From an uncultured delta proteobacterium (lineage in GTDB: Bacteria; Desulfobacterota; Zymogenia; Zymogenales; Zymogenaceae), in assembly GCA_963735595.1 (NCBI GenBank), contig CAVTLK010000004.1, positions 352,001 to 416,000 of the forward strand: a stretch of DNA of 64,000 nt, read 5' to 3'. Below the pieces are notes generated by a model. The model had not been told where the DNA came from, searched no databases, and saw only the letters and a list, made by a program, of their open reading frames with translations. Positions 40,993 through 50,359 of this stretch are shown here, one piece after another (positions within the stretch are counted from its first letter, which is position 1; every line of letters begins with the position of its first letter). A program made the position numbers and the translations under genes.

Positions 40993-41046
40993 GATCGGGA
41001 CGACCGGGATGATCGGGACTATAGGGACGATGGGTACAATGGCGAG
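40993..41046. repeat. Degenerate 9-bp tandem repeat (5-6 units)
   Basis: GATCGGGAC GACCGGGAT GATCGGGAC TATAGGGAC GATGGGTAC AATGGCGAG. Confidence 0.75.
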
Positions 41047-41087
41047 AGCGAACGGATTAGTGCAAAAATATCGGTTACCGGTATACG

Positions 41088-41678
41088 ATGACACCCATCC
41101 CGAAAGACATGAAGCCCCGCATGCTGCTGCACAGTTGCTGTGCGCCGTGCACCCTGTACCCGTTTGACCGTCTGCAGGCCCAGGGGTTTGCCGTAACCGG
41201 GTTCTTTTATAACCCGAATATCCATCCGTTCTCCGAGTTCGAGAAGAGGCTTCAGGCAGTGTGCGATTTCTATCAGACCGCGCAAAAACGGCTCATTGTT
41301 GATGCCGCCTATGATGTTACCGCGTTTATCGGGGCCGTTCTCGGCTCCGGGAAACGGCGGTGCGAGGCATGCTGGCGCATGCGGCTGAAGGGCCTCGCCG
41401 AAAAGGGCAGGGAAATGGGGATAGACGCCGTGACGACGACGCTCCTCTTCTCCATCTACCAGGATCACGATACTGTGGCCGGGATCGGGCGAGAGGAGGC
41501 TGAGGACGCGGGGGTGGAGTTCTACTACGAGGATTTTCGCGTCGGCTGGTATGAGGGGCAGCGGCGCGCCAGGGAATATTCAATCTATCGTCAGAAATAC
41601 TGCGGCTGCATCTTCAGCGAAGAAGAACGATATAAGAAGAAGATCGCGGCCCTCATGGAACAGGAGCGGAGGGCATGA
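41088..41678 (+). CDS. queH: Epoxyqueuosine reductase QueH (DUF208); alternative start at 41109
   Basis: LLHSCCAPC, FYNPNIHP, RCEAC, YRQKYCGCIFS. Confidence 0.92.
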   Translation: MTPIPKDMKPRMLLHSCCAPCTLYPFDRLQAQGFAVTGFFYNPNIHPFSEFEKRLQAVCDFYQTAQKRLIVDAAYDVTAFIGAVLGSGKRRCEACWRMRLKGLAEKGREMGIDAVTTTLLFSIYQDHDTVAGIGREEAEDAGVEFYYEDFRVGWYEGQRRAREYSIYRQKYCGCIFSEEERYKKKIAALMEQERRA

Positions 41679-42076
41679 TGATGAAAAAGAGCCGATTGGT
41701 AAGAATTGCCGCGGCGGTCCTTATGATGGGCTGCCTGGCGATCCTCCCGTACAGCGGTATGTCCCAAACGGACGAGGGATTTGTCGTCGGAACGGTCTTT
41801 AACGACACCGACGTCGCCCCAACGCTCTACGGTCCGGTGGTGCTGGATGTCGTCGTCGATAGGCATTTCATGGGACGGATCGAGCCGGGCAGTAACCTGG
41901 AAATTGCCCTTGATCCCCGGCCGGATCCTTATGACGTACGGGCATATGCCTTCAATTACGATGGAAGCTCGTTCTTTGCCGCGGTCGACCTCCCTCTTAC
42001 GTACACGGTCGTGGTGCCTATCAGCCATCGGGGCAAGCTCTCTTCGTTCTGGATCGCCTTCGAGGGTATCCGCTAA
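41675..42076 (+). CDS. Exported hypothetical protein, beta-rich
   Basis: Signal peptide; ATGA overlap with queH; GGAGGG upstream. Confidence 0.65.
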   Translation: MMMKKSRLVRIAAAVLMMGCLAILPYSGMSQTDEGFVVGTVFNDTDVAPTLYGPVVLDVVVDRHFMGRIEPGSNLEIALDPRPDPYDVRAYAFNYDGSSFFAAVDLPLTYTVVVPISHRGKLSSFWIAFEGIR

Positions 42077-42095
42077 ACGGCGCGCAAGGGGCGGG

Positions 42096-42314
42096 CTTGA
42101 AGAGATACGTCAATTCGGATGGGTCCTGGTTATCATCGGGCTCGTGATCGTCCTCGCGGGAGGATTGCTTATCTCCGGCAAGATCCCGTTTTTAGGAAGG
42201 CTCCCCGGAGACATCGTAGTCACGCGTGAGCATTTCACGCTCTATTTTCCGATCGTCAGCATGCTGATTATCAGTGCGGTCATCTCGGTAATACTTTTTC
42301 TTATGCGTAAATAG
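42096..42314 (+). CDS. DUF2905-family small membrane protein (start codon uncertain)
   Basis: Two TM helices flanking LGRLPGDI...FTLYFPIVSM. Confidence 0.8.
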   Translation, partial: LEEIRQFGWVLVIIGLVIVLAGGLLISGKIPFLGRLPGDIVVTREHFTLYFPIVSMLIISAVISVILFLMRK

Positions 42315-42330
42315 TATATCGGAGGGAATC

Positions 42331-42909
42331 ATGCCGGACAAGGGAGTGTTCTGGGAGGGAATATCCGAGGGGATGGCGCAGAAGCTCGAGAAACTCGTGG
42401 CGAAAGTACCGCTCCTGGGGGATTACCTTCGCCGGGAAAACGCCCGTGAGCGGGACAAGATCGTCCGAGAACACATCGCCCAGCGGATTGACCACCTCAA
42501 AGGGGTGGTGATGAAGCAGATGGAGGCAATGACCGAAAAGAAGATCCTCACGGGGCTCGACAAGCTTGACCGGCTTTCCCGCAGGCTCGATAAGCTCCGT
42601 GATACGATCAAGTTCACCTCCCACGGCTATTCGGGGGTGTTCGAACGGGTCAGGATCCTCGATGCAGAGCTTGAGCGCCTTATGGAATACGACCTGGCTA
42701 TCCTCTTGAAGGTGGAGGATATGGAAAAGCAGATCTCGGCAATCCCCGCCGACGAAGCCAGGGCCGATAAGGAGATTGCGGCGCTCATGTCTTTTACCGA
42801 TGATATGGAGAGGACTATAGAGGAGCGTATGTACGCCGTTACCAAGGGCATCCAGGAAACGCCCCCTCCGGCAGGCGGAGAACCAGGGGGCGGCACGCCG
42901 GAACTGTAG
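42331..42909 (+). CDS. Alpha-helical/coiled-coil hypothetical protein
   Basis: GGAGGG upstream; Y-RRE-ARE-DK-VR, HGYSG-F, L-RL-EYD. Confidence 0.75.
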   Translation: MPDKGVFWEGISEGMAQKLEKLVAKVPLLGDYLRRENARERDKIVREHIAQRIDHLKGVVMKQMEAMTEKKILTGLDKLDRLSRRLDKLRDTIKFTSHGYSGVFERVRILDAELERLMEYDLAILLKVEDMEKQISAIPADEARADKEIAALMSFTDDMERTIEERMYAVTKGIQETPPPAGGEPGGGTPEL

Positions 42910-42924
42910 AGGAGGTAAGTGCTC

Positions 42925-44070
42925 ATGGCCGAGTATCTTGATATATTCGAGTATTTTTTTGAGGACCCGACCGAGATCGTTCACCGGATTCCCGAGTCGG
43001 GCTCAGGAGAGACGAAGCTGGGCGCCCAGCTGGTCGTCAGGGAAAGCCAGTCGGCGGTCTTCTTCAGGGACGGGAAGGGTCTGGATGTCTTTGGTGCGGG
43101 CCGGCATACCCTCACCACCATGAACCTCCCTCTGGTAACCAAGCTGCTGGCGCTACCGTTCGGCGGCAAGAGCCCGTTCAGATGTGAGGTCCTCTTCATC
43201 AACATGAAGGTATTTACCGACATGAAGTGGGGGACAAGGAACCCGGTTGCGTTTCGGGATTCGGAGTTCGGACTGGTAAGGCTTCGGGCCTACGGCAACT
43301 TTACTATGCGTATCACGCAGCCGCTGCTGTTTGTCAATACCATCGTTGCCACCAAGGGAGTGTTTACCACCGAGGGTATCGCCGGGTATCTTCGGGACGT
43401 TATTGTTTCGCGCCTTAACGACTTTCTGGGCGAGCATATGAAGAGCATCCTCGACCTCCCCCAGAATTTCGACGAGCTTTCTGTGGTGGCCAAGGTCAGG
43501 CTCAAAGATGATTTCGCGAAATACGGTATGGAGCTGATCGATTTCTTCGTCAACGAGATCACCCCTCCCGAGGAAGTCCAGAAGATGATCGATGAGCGGA
43601 CGGGAATGGGCGTCGTGGGCGATATGAACAAGTTCCTGAAATACGAAGCGGCCAAGGCCATCGGTAAGTTCGGCGAAGGGGCCGCCGCCGGGGGAGGCGC
43701 GGGATCGGCGGCTGGCGGCGCGGCCGCCGGTGTTGGGACCATCTTCGGGGTGGGCCTGGGCGGAATGATCCCGGGGATGCTCTACCAGGCCGTGAAGGAT
43801 GACTCGGACGCCGAGAAGCAGGGGTACGTACTCTGTCCTAAATGCCATGCCCAGGTTCCGCTAAACGCCCGGTTCTGCAACAGCTGCGGGACCCAGCTGG
43901 TGGTCATCAATAAGTGCGCCCACTGCGGTAAAGACCTGCCGGCGGAGGCAAAGTTCTGCTCCGTCTGCGGGAAGACGGTGGGAAAAGAGACAAAGTGCTC
44001 AAAGTGCGGCGCAATGCTCCCGGCCGGGGCGAAGTTCTGCACGGAATGCGGGGAAAAGACAGGTAAGTGA
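42925..44070 (+). CDS. SPFH/Band-7 (YdjI-like) protein with C-terminal zinc ribbons
   Basis: QLVVRESQSAVFFRDG, T-NLP, KWGT, LRAYG, Gly/Ala linker, six CxxC motifs. GAGGAGG precedes ATG 42925. Confidence 0.88.
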   Translation: MAEYLDIFEYFFEDPTEIVHRIPESGSGETKLGAQLVVRESQSAVFFRDGKGLDVFGAGRHTLTTMNLPLVTKLLALPFGGKSPFRCEVLFINMKVFTDMKWGTRNPVAFRDSEFGLVRLRAYGNFTMRITQPLLFVNTIVATKGVFTTEGIAGYLRDVIVSRLNDFLGEHMKSILDLPQNFDELSVVAKVRLKDDFAKYGMELIDFFVNEITPPEEVQKMIDERTGMGVVGDMNKFLKYEAAKAIGKFGEGAAAGGGAGSAAGGAAAGVGTIFGVGLGGMIPGMLYQAVKDDSDAEKQGYVLCPKCHAQVPLNARFCNSCGTQLVVINKCAHCGKDLPAEAKFCSVCGKTVGKETKCSKCGAMLPAGAKFCTECGEKTGK

Positions 44071-44208
44071 GGCAGGCTTTCGATAGGCCGGCTCTCATCA
44101 GGGACCGCACGATATAGCACCCGGGCACGCCGGCGCCGTAATCGGCACCTGCTTGCCCGGTTTCGTATACAAATCCCGTCCGTCTGTCGGACAGTTCGCA
44201 AGGGATCT

Positions 44209-44937
44209 ATGATTGTCCACTGCTCCCAGTGCGGGGCAAAGATCAACCGGAAGAACGAAAACCGGTTCTTCGACTGTCCCTTTTGCGCATCTTCTCTCGT
44301 CCTGGAAGGGGGGCGGTCGTTTGCCTGCTTTATCATGGAGCACGAACGAAACGAACTATGGGCACGGGCACTCTTCCACGAGCGCCTGAGACGGGCCGGT
44401 GTTGCGGCCAACCACGACAAGGTCGATCTCGAGCTCTCCTACGTCCCCTTCTGGGTGATTCGGCGCGCCGATGGATCCATTACCGCCCACTCGGCGGCAC
44501 AGACTCGCGACCATAACCTCCTGTCTATAAAAGTCCCTCCCGGCCGCCTCGTCTTCTACGAAGAGGGTTCACGTCCGAAGGCCCCTGTTGTACCGCTTAC
44601 CGTGCCTTTTGATCGTGCGCTCGGGGGGAAGGCGGTCAGCGATCTGGGTCGTATCGATCTTGTATATCTACCGGTTTACTTCATGCAAACGGACGGTTCC
44701 GACGGGCCGTGCAGGTTTGCCCTCATCGGGGATTCGTCGCACCTCTATTCCGGCACGTGCGTGCCGGCCGAACGGAGGAATGTCTCAATCAGGTCACTAA
44801 TCTTTTTCTCGGTTGTCGCGGGCCTTTTCGCGACCGCGGGGCTCCTTATCCATGACGTCTACCTGAAGGCCGCCGCTATCGGCATAGGTGGGCTCGTCTG
44901 TGTCATCGTATCGCCCCTGGCACTGGGGCGTAAATAG
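44209..44937 (+). CDS. Zinc-ribbon membrane protein (paralog 1)
   Basis: CSQCGA...CPFC, YVPFW, VYLPVY, two C-terminal TM helices. Confidence 0.75.
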   Translation: MIVHCSQCGAKINRKNENRFFDCPFCASSLVLEGGRSFACFIMEHERNELWARALFHERLRRAGVAANHDKVDLELSYVPFWVIRRADGSITAHSAAQTRDHNLLSIKVPPGRLVFYEEGSRPKAPVVPLTVPFDRALGGKAVSDLGRIDLVYLPVYFMQTDGSDGPCRFALIGDSSHLYSGTCVPAERRNVSIRSLIFFSVVAGLFATAGLLIHDVYLKAAAIGIGGLVCVIVSPLALGRK

Positions 44938-44945
44938 CGGGAACA

Positions 44946-45974
44946 ATGGCGAAAAATCGGACCGACAACACATCAATCGAAAGGATTCCCGAGCCGGGAG
45001 TAGTCTCAGATCCGGCGAGGAGCCATTTCACGGTGGCGCTTACCTGCCCGTCGTGCGGCGGGAGCTTCGCCTTTGCCGAGGGCAGCACCAGGGTGGTTTG
45101 TGCGCACTGCGGCCGCTCCCACATGCTCGTGGGGGAAAAGGGGGATCTTCGCTACTGGATACCCGGTAAAATACCAGGGTCTCAGGCAACCGGGATCGTA
45201 CGGGCTTTCCTGGAAAAGATCCGGGACGGCAGAATTGTCCATTTTGTCGATACCCGGATTGCCTACGTCCCTTTCTTTCGGGTCAAGGTCACCGGCGGGG
45301 GATGGTATATCGGAAAGGGCGTGGGAATCGACTATTTGTGGCGGGAATACGGCAACCAGCAATCGGTCGTTATCCCCCGTGAGGTTACAAAGAACGTTGT
45401 GGAGGGCTTTTTCAGAGATATCTCATTCTTCGTGCCGGCCGTCGATATATCCGAACTGGGGCTTATCGGACTCTGGGCGAAATCGGCCGCGATCGAGCTG
45501 TTTCCGATGGACCCCGACAAGATTACAACCGGTGAGGTCTACACGCCCCTGAAGGAGCGGGGAACGGCCGCCCGGGAGGCCTGGGCGACGCTGATTGCGT
45601 CCGCGAAACCGGCAGGACTACCGTTGGAATACTTCGAGGCCGAAAAGGTCAGCGAGGAAATATCTCTGATCCATTATCCAATCTGGATAGTCCGGTTTCT
45701 GCTTGACGGCGTCCCCTATCGAGTGGTTATTGACGGCCTCGGGGGGGATATTCTGAACGCACGGGTTGGTAAACGCGGCAGGGTTGCCGCCATCCCCGGC
45801 ATCCTCAGTCTTGCCGTCATTGTATTTCTGGCCACGACGATTCCCTTGCTCCTTGTGATACTGGGAGCCGCGGCGCTTTACTATATCTTCGCTAACGGGT
45901 GGAGATGGTTTTGGGGCACACTGCTCGGAACGTTTCTCTCCCCCTGGCGGGGCGGGGAGGGGGCTATTGAGTAA
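44946..45974 (+). CDS. Zinc-ribbon membrane protein (paralog 2)
   Basis: CPSCGG...CAHC, YVPFF, HYPIW, IDG, C-terminal TM region. Confidence 0.78.
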   Translation: MAKNRTDNTSIERIPEPGVVSDPARSHFTVALTCPSCGGSFAFAEGSTRVVCAHCGRSHMLVGEKGDLRYWIPGKIPGSQATGIVRAFLEKIRDGRIVHFVDTRIAYVPFFRVKVTGGGWYIGKGVGIDYLWREYGNQQSVVIPREVTKNVVEGFFRDISFFVPAVDISELGLIGLWAKSAAIELFPMDPDKITTGEVYTPLKERGTAAREAWATLIASAKPAGLPLEYFEAEKVSEEISLIHYPIWIVRFLLDGVPYRVVIDGLGGDILNARVGKRGRVAAIPGILSLAVIVFLATTIPLLLVILGAAALYYIFANGWRWFWGTLLGTFLSPWRGGEGAIE

Positions 45975-46638
45975 CCGCAAGTCGATACAGCTGGTCGAGC
46001 TCAAGTGTCCCCGGTGTTCAGGGGATATCGGCATCGGATTCGACGACCGGGCATTCCTCTGCCGGCGCTGTTTAACGCTCTGGGGACAAGCAGGAAACCG
46101 GCTCGTTGAAAAGAAGGTGGAGTGGATCGCGCCCGGCGATTCAGACAGCCGGTATTTCCCGTTCTGGGTATTTCGTATGACCGCCGAAAGCCCGGAGGGC
46201 AGGATAGACGACTTCCATTCCTACTGTAAGTATATCGCGTTTCTCGAGGCCGTTAAGGTCACGGAGAACCGGCCGCTGTCCCTCTTTGTCCTGGCGGTGT
46301 CGCTATCCGTTGAGCGGCACCGGCTTTCGGCGTCGCGGGTGTTTACCTATACCCAACCCGTCCTCGTTCCCGGAAAGCCCGGACGGGGGGTTATCTGGGG
46401 GCCGTGCATGGACGAGCATACCGCGGCCGCTTATGCCCGTGTCATCTTTATCTCCACGCTGGCAGGAGAGAGGAAAGGATCGCGCGATTTCGTCTCCGGA
46501 CTTTCCCTTGCCCTTGACTCACCCCGGCTCTTCTATATCCCGTTTCGGGAGGGTGCCAACGACTACCGGGACGCCATGAAGATCGCCGCGATACCTAAGA
46601 AGCTCCTCACGAACCGGCCGGTGAGCCTGGAGGCATAG
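45967..46638 (+). CDS. Zinc-ribbon protein (paralog 3, no TM tail)
   Basis: CPRC...CRRC, YFPFW, FYIPF; overlaps the previous stop. Confidence 0.72.
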   Translation: MSNRKSIQLVELKCPRCSGDIGIGFDDRAFLCRRCLTLWGQAGNRLVEKKVEWIAPGDSDSRYFPFWVFRMTAESPEGRIDDFHSYCKYIAFLEAVKVTENRPLSLFVLAVSLSVERHRLSASRVFTYTQPVLVPGKPGRGVIWGPCMDEHTAAAYARVIFISTLAGERKGSRDFVSGLSLALDSPRLFYIPFREGANDYRDAMKIAAIPKKLLTNRPVSLEA

Positions 46639-46657
46639 GGGTGCCGGTCGAAAAGGC

Positions 46658-46686
46658 TTGTAACAGGGCTGCATATTATATATAAT
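46658..46686 (+). promoter_or_regulatory. Sigma70 promoter of lpxC (leaderless geometry)
   Basis: TTGTAA-N17-TATAAT ending 6 nt before ATG 46693. Confidence 0.65.
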
Positions 46687-46692
46687 GACCCG

Positions 46693-47544
46693 ATGATGCA
46701 GCAAACCATACGGGGGGCAGTTTCTACCGACGGCGTGGGGATTCATTCCGGTAATTCCGTAACGCTGACACTTTCTCCTGCCGGGCCCGACGATGGGGTG
46801 GGATTTATTCGGGGAGACGTCGACACCCGGGTGCGGGTTCCCGCACACTTTTCCAAGGTACAGAACACCCAGCTCGCGACGACGCTCACCCAGGATGGCG
46901 TGAGCGTCGCCACCGTGGAGCACCTGACGGCCTCCCTGCTTGCCCTTGGCGTGGATAACGCCACGGTAAGCCTCTCGGGGCCCGAGGTCCCGATACTGGA
47001 CGGGAGCGCCGGGCCGTTCGTTTCGCTCATCAGGTCGGCCGGAATAATAGAGGTGGGCGTACCGAGGAGAGGGGCGCGCATCGTCCGGCCGGTCGCGGTC
47101 ACATCCGGGGACTGCCGGGCAGAACTCTTGCCGGGGTCCGACCGGCTGTCTCTCGATTATACGATTGTCTATGATAATCCCCATATCGGGACGCAACGTT
47201 TTACGTTCGAATTAGCGCCGGAGACCTTCGCCCGGGAGGTAGCCCCCGCCCGCACGTTTGGCCTGGTCAGAGATATCGACGGCATGTATGCGCAGGGTTT
47301 AGCCATGGGGGGGAGCCTCGAAAACGCCGTGATTATCGGCGATGAGGGCGTGCTTAATCCCGGGGGATTGAGATTCGACGATGAGTGTGTCCGCCATAAG
47401 TGCCTGGATGCCGTCGGCGATCTCTCGCTCTTCGGCATGCGTATCCTCGGCAGGTTCGTTGCCTATAAATCGGGTCATCGCCTCAATCATCTCCTTGTGC
47501 AGGAGCTTTTCCGTCAACAGGCTTACGAGATCATACCGATATGA
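46693..47544 (+). CDS. lpxC: UDP-3-O-acyl-N-acetylglucosamine deacetylase
   Basis: GVGIHSG, TVEHL, PILDGSA, PARTFG, RHKCLDAVGDL, GH-LN. Confidence 0.96.
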   Translation: MMQQTIRGAVSTDGVGIHSGNSVTLTLSPAGPDDGVGFIRGDVDTRVRVPAHFSKVQNTQLATTLTQDGVSVATVEHLTASLLALGVDNATVSLSGPEVPILDGSAGPFVSLIRSAGIIEVGVPRRGARIVRPVAVTSGDCRAELLPGSDRLSLDYTIVYDNPHIGTQRFTFELAPETFAREVAPARTFGLVRDIDGMYAQGLAMGGSLENAVIIGDEGVLNPGGLRFDDECVRHKCLDAVGDLSLFGMRILGRFVAYKSGHRLNHLLVQELFRQQAYEIIPI

Positions 47545-48101
47545 AGGCCCGTGTTGTTATACTTATTATCCTGTGCTATGCGCTGGGCGCGTCATGGGCG
47601 TTTGCTCAAAACGTATTTATCGATAACGTCGTCCTCACCAGGTATCAGGACAACCTGTACGTATACTTCAAGCTGGAGGGGCCCTTCACGCGTGAAATGG
47701 ATGAGGCCATCAAGAGCGGAATTGAAACGACCTTTACGTTTTACGTCGTCCTCAAGAGGTATCGCGGCGGTATCCTGTCGGATCCCGAGATCACCGAGCG
47801 CGTCATAAAGCATACCGTAAAATACAACGCACTTCTTCAGGAATATGCGGTCACGCGGGATGAGGAGGGCGCCAAGCCCTTCGTAACAAAAGATTTCGAC
47901 ACCGCAAAGCGGATTATGACCCAGGTAAAGTTTTACCCGCTCGCGCCCCTTACGATGCTCGAAAAAGGCAAAAGCTACCGTATCGAGATAAAGGGCGAGC
48001 TGGAAAAGGCCGATATACCCGAGTCGATCAGATACATCTTCTTTTTTGCGAGAGCGTGGAGTTTTTCAACTCCCTGGTACGTGGAGGGATTTTCATACTA
48101 A
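47541..48101 (+). CDS. DUF4390-family exported protein
   Basis: Signal peptide; EAIKSGI-F, KYNAL-EY; lies directly upstream of the NtrY-like kinase. Confidence 0.8.
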   Translation: MKARVVILIILCYALGASWAFAQNVFIDNVVLTRYQDNLYVYFKLEGPFTREMDEAIKSGIETTFTFYVVLKRYRGGILSDPEITERVIKHTVKYNALLQEYAVTRDEEGAKPFVTKDFDTAKRIMTQVKFYPLAPLTMLEKGKSYRIEIKGELEKADIPESIRYIFFFARAWSFSTPWYVEGFSY

Positions 48102-48116
48102 GGGCACGTCCGACGT

Positions 48117-50359
48117 ATGGGCCGAAATATTCTTAAAAGAAAGAGCGAAGAACTGACATCGGAAGAGACCAGGAAGAAGAGAGAGCGGATTATTATCGTC
48201 ATCTCGGTGATCGCGATCGTCTCCCTGACCGTCTTTGGAACCTATATCACCAGCGAAGACCTCGATATCGGCGTCAATGAGAACTTTATCCTCATTGCCC
48301 TCATTGACGTCAATATTATCCTTTTAATCCTCGTAATCTTCCTTGTCCTGAGAAATCTCGTCAAGCTTATCTTCGAGCGGAAACGGAAGGTAGAAGCGGC
48401 GAAACTGAGAACGAAGCTGGTGCTCTCGTTCGCGGGATTGACGCTGTTTCCGACGGTCGTCATGTTCATCTCGGCGATGCTCTTTTTCAGGACGAGCATG
48501 GACCTTTTCTTCAATGTCCAGGTTGAGCATTCGCTCGACGGGGCGCTGGACATAGCCCAGACCTACTATACCGACGCGACCGAAACGGCCCTTACCTACG
48601 CCAAGGTAATCGGCGCCGAGGTATCGGCGGAAGGCTTACTCACGGAAGAGGCCAGACCTCTGCTTCAGAGCTATATCGATTCCCAGCGGGACATACGGGG
48701 TATTGACCTGGTTACGGTATTCTCGCCCGCTATGGAGGAGCTGGCGACATCAGCAAGTGACGAAATACCCGATATGTCGATGATTCGGTTGAAGACCGAT
48801 CTCTTTACCGAGGCGTTCTCGGGTAAAGCCGTTTCCACCATCCAGACTACCGGGTACGGCGACGTGGTCTGGGCGCTCTTTCCCGGTCATGAACCGTGAT
48901 GAGGTCTCCTGCCTGGTTATGACAGCCGACTTTATCCCCAAGTCGTTACTGCCAAGAATGCTGGCCATCGGCGATTTCCTCGAGGGGTACAAGAAGAACA
49001 AGATACTCAAGGAGCCGATCGTTATTTCGTATTTAATCACCCTTTCGATCATTGCGTTGCTGCTCGTCTTTACCGCGACGTGGCTCGGATTTCTACCTTG
49101 CAAAAGGGTATAACCGTGCCTATTTCGCTGCTGGCTGAGGGAACCAAGAAGGTCGCCGACGGCGATCTTGACGTATACGTCGACGTTTACCACCGACGAC
49201 GAGGTCGGTGTCCTTGTTGATTCGTTTAACAAGATGACCCAGGATCTGAAGATGCAGTCGAGGCGGCTCGAGCGGGCCTATAACGAGCTTTCCCTCAGCA
49301 ACATGGAGATCGAGGCCCGGCGCCGGTATATGGAGATCGTGTTGAAAAACGTGGCCGCCGGCGTTATCTCGGTGGATAAGAACGGCGTCATTACCACGAT
49401 CAATAAATCGGCCGAACGGATGTTAGCTATCAAGACGCCGAAGGTCCTCGATCAGCCCTTTGGGGAGGTTCTCAGGGAGAAACATGCTTCCATCGTAAAT
49501 GGGCTCATCGATGATCTTCTCGCGTCCAAGGAGGGATTTGTACAGCGCCAGGTGGAGATCCCCCTGGAGGACAGGACACTGGTGCTCATGGCAAACCTCA
49601 ATTATCTCATGGATGAAGACGGGAACTACCTCGGGATGGTGGCGGTCTTCGACGATATCACCGAGATCATGAGGGCGCAGAAGATGGCCGCCTGGCGGGA
49701 GGTAGCCCGCCGCATCGCCCATGAGATCAAGAACCCGCTTACCCCCATCAAGCTTTCCGCCCAGCGTATCAGGAAAAAATACCTGGAAAGGCTTACCGAC
49801 GACGGCCAGGTCCTGGATGAGTGCACGCGGACCATCATCACCCAGGTCGAGGAGATGAAGGCGCTGGTCGACGCCTTTTCCCAATTCGCGCGGATGCCGG
49901 CGACGCGTCCCCGCGCCCGAACGATCTTAACGAAATTGTTAAAGGAGACGCTTGCCCTTTACAAAGAGGCTCATAAAAGTATAACCTATAGATTTCTGGC
50001 GGACCGGAACCTTCCCCCCGTAGACCTGGATCGGGAACAGATGAAGCGGGTGCTGATCAACCTTCTGGAAAACGCCGTGGACGCGATAGGGGACAGCGGA
50101 TCCGTCCGGATACGAGACGGCCTTCCTGGCCGAACAGACGAAGGCGCGCCTGGTTATCGCCGATACGGGCCGCGGCGTGACGCCCGAGGCCAAAGACCGG
50201 ATCTTCGAGCCGTACTACTCCACCAAAAAGGGCGGCACGGGACTCGGGCTCACCATCGTCACTACCATTATATCCGATCACCACGGCTACATCCGGGTTT
50301 TCAATAACGAGCCGACGGGCACAAAATTTGTTATCGATCTTCCGATAGGGCTTCAATGA
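48117..50359 (+). CDS. NtrY-like membrane sensor kinase (TM, HAMP, PAS, HK), several frameshifts
   Basis: KLRTKLV-F, DEVGVLVDSFNKMT, AWREVARRIAHEIKNPLTPIKLSAQR, IFEPYYSTKKGGTGLGL spread over several ORF pieces. Confidence 0.88.
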
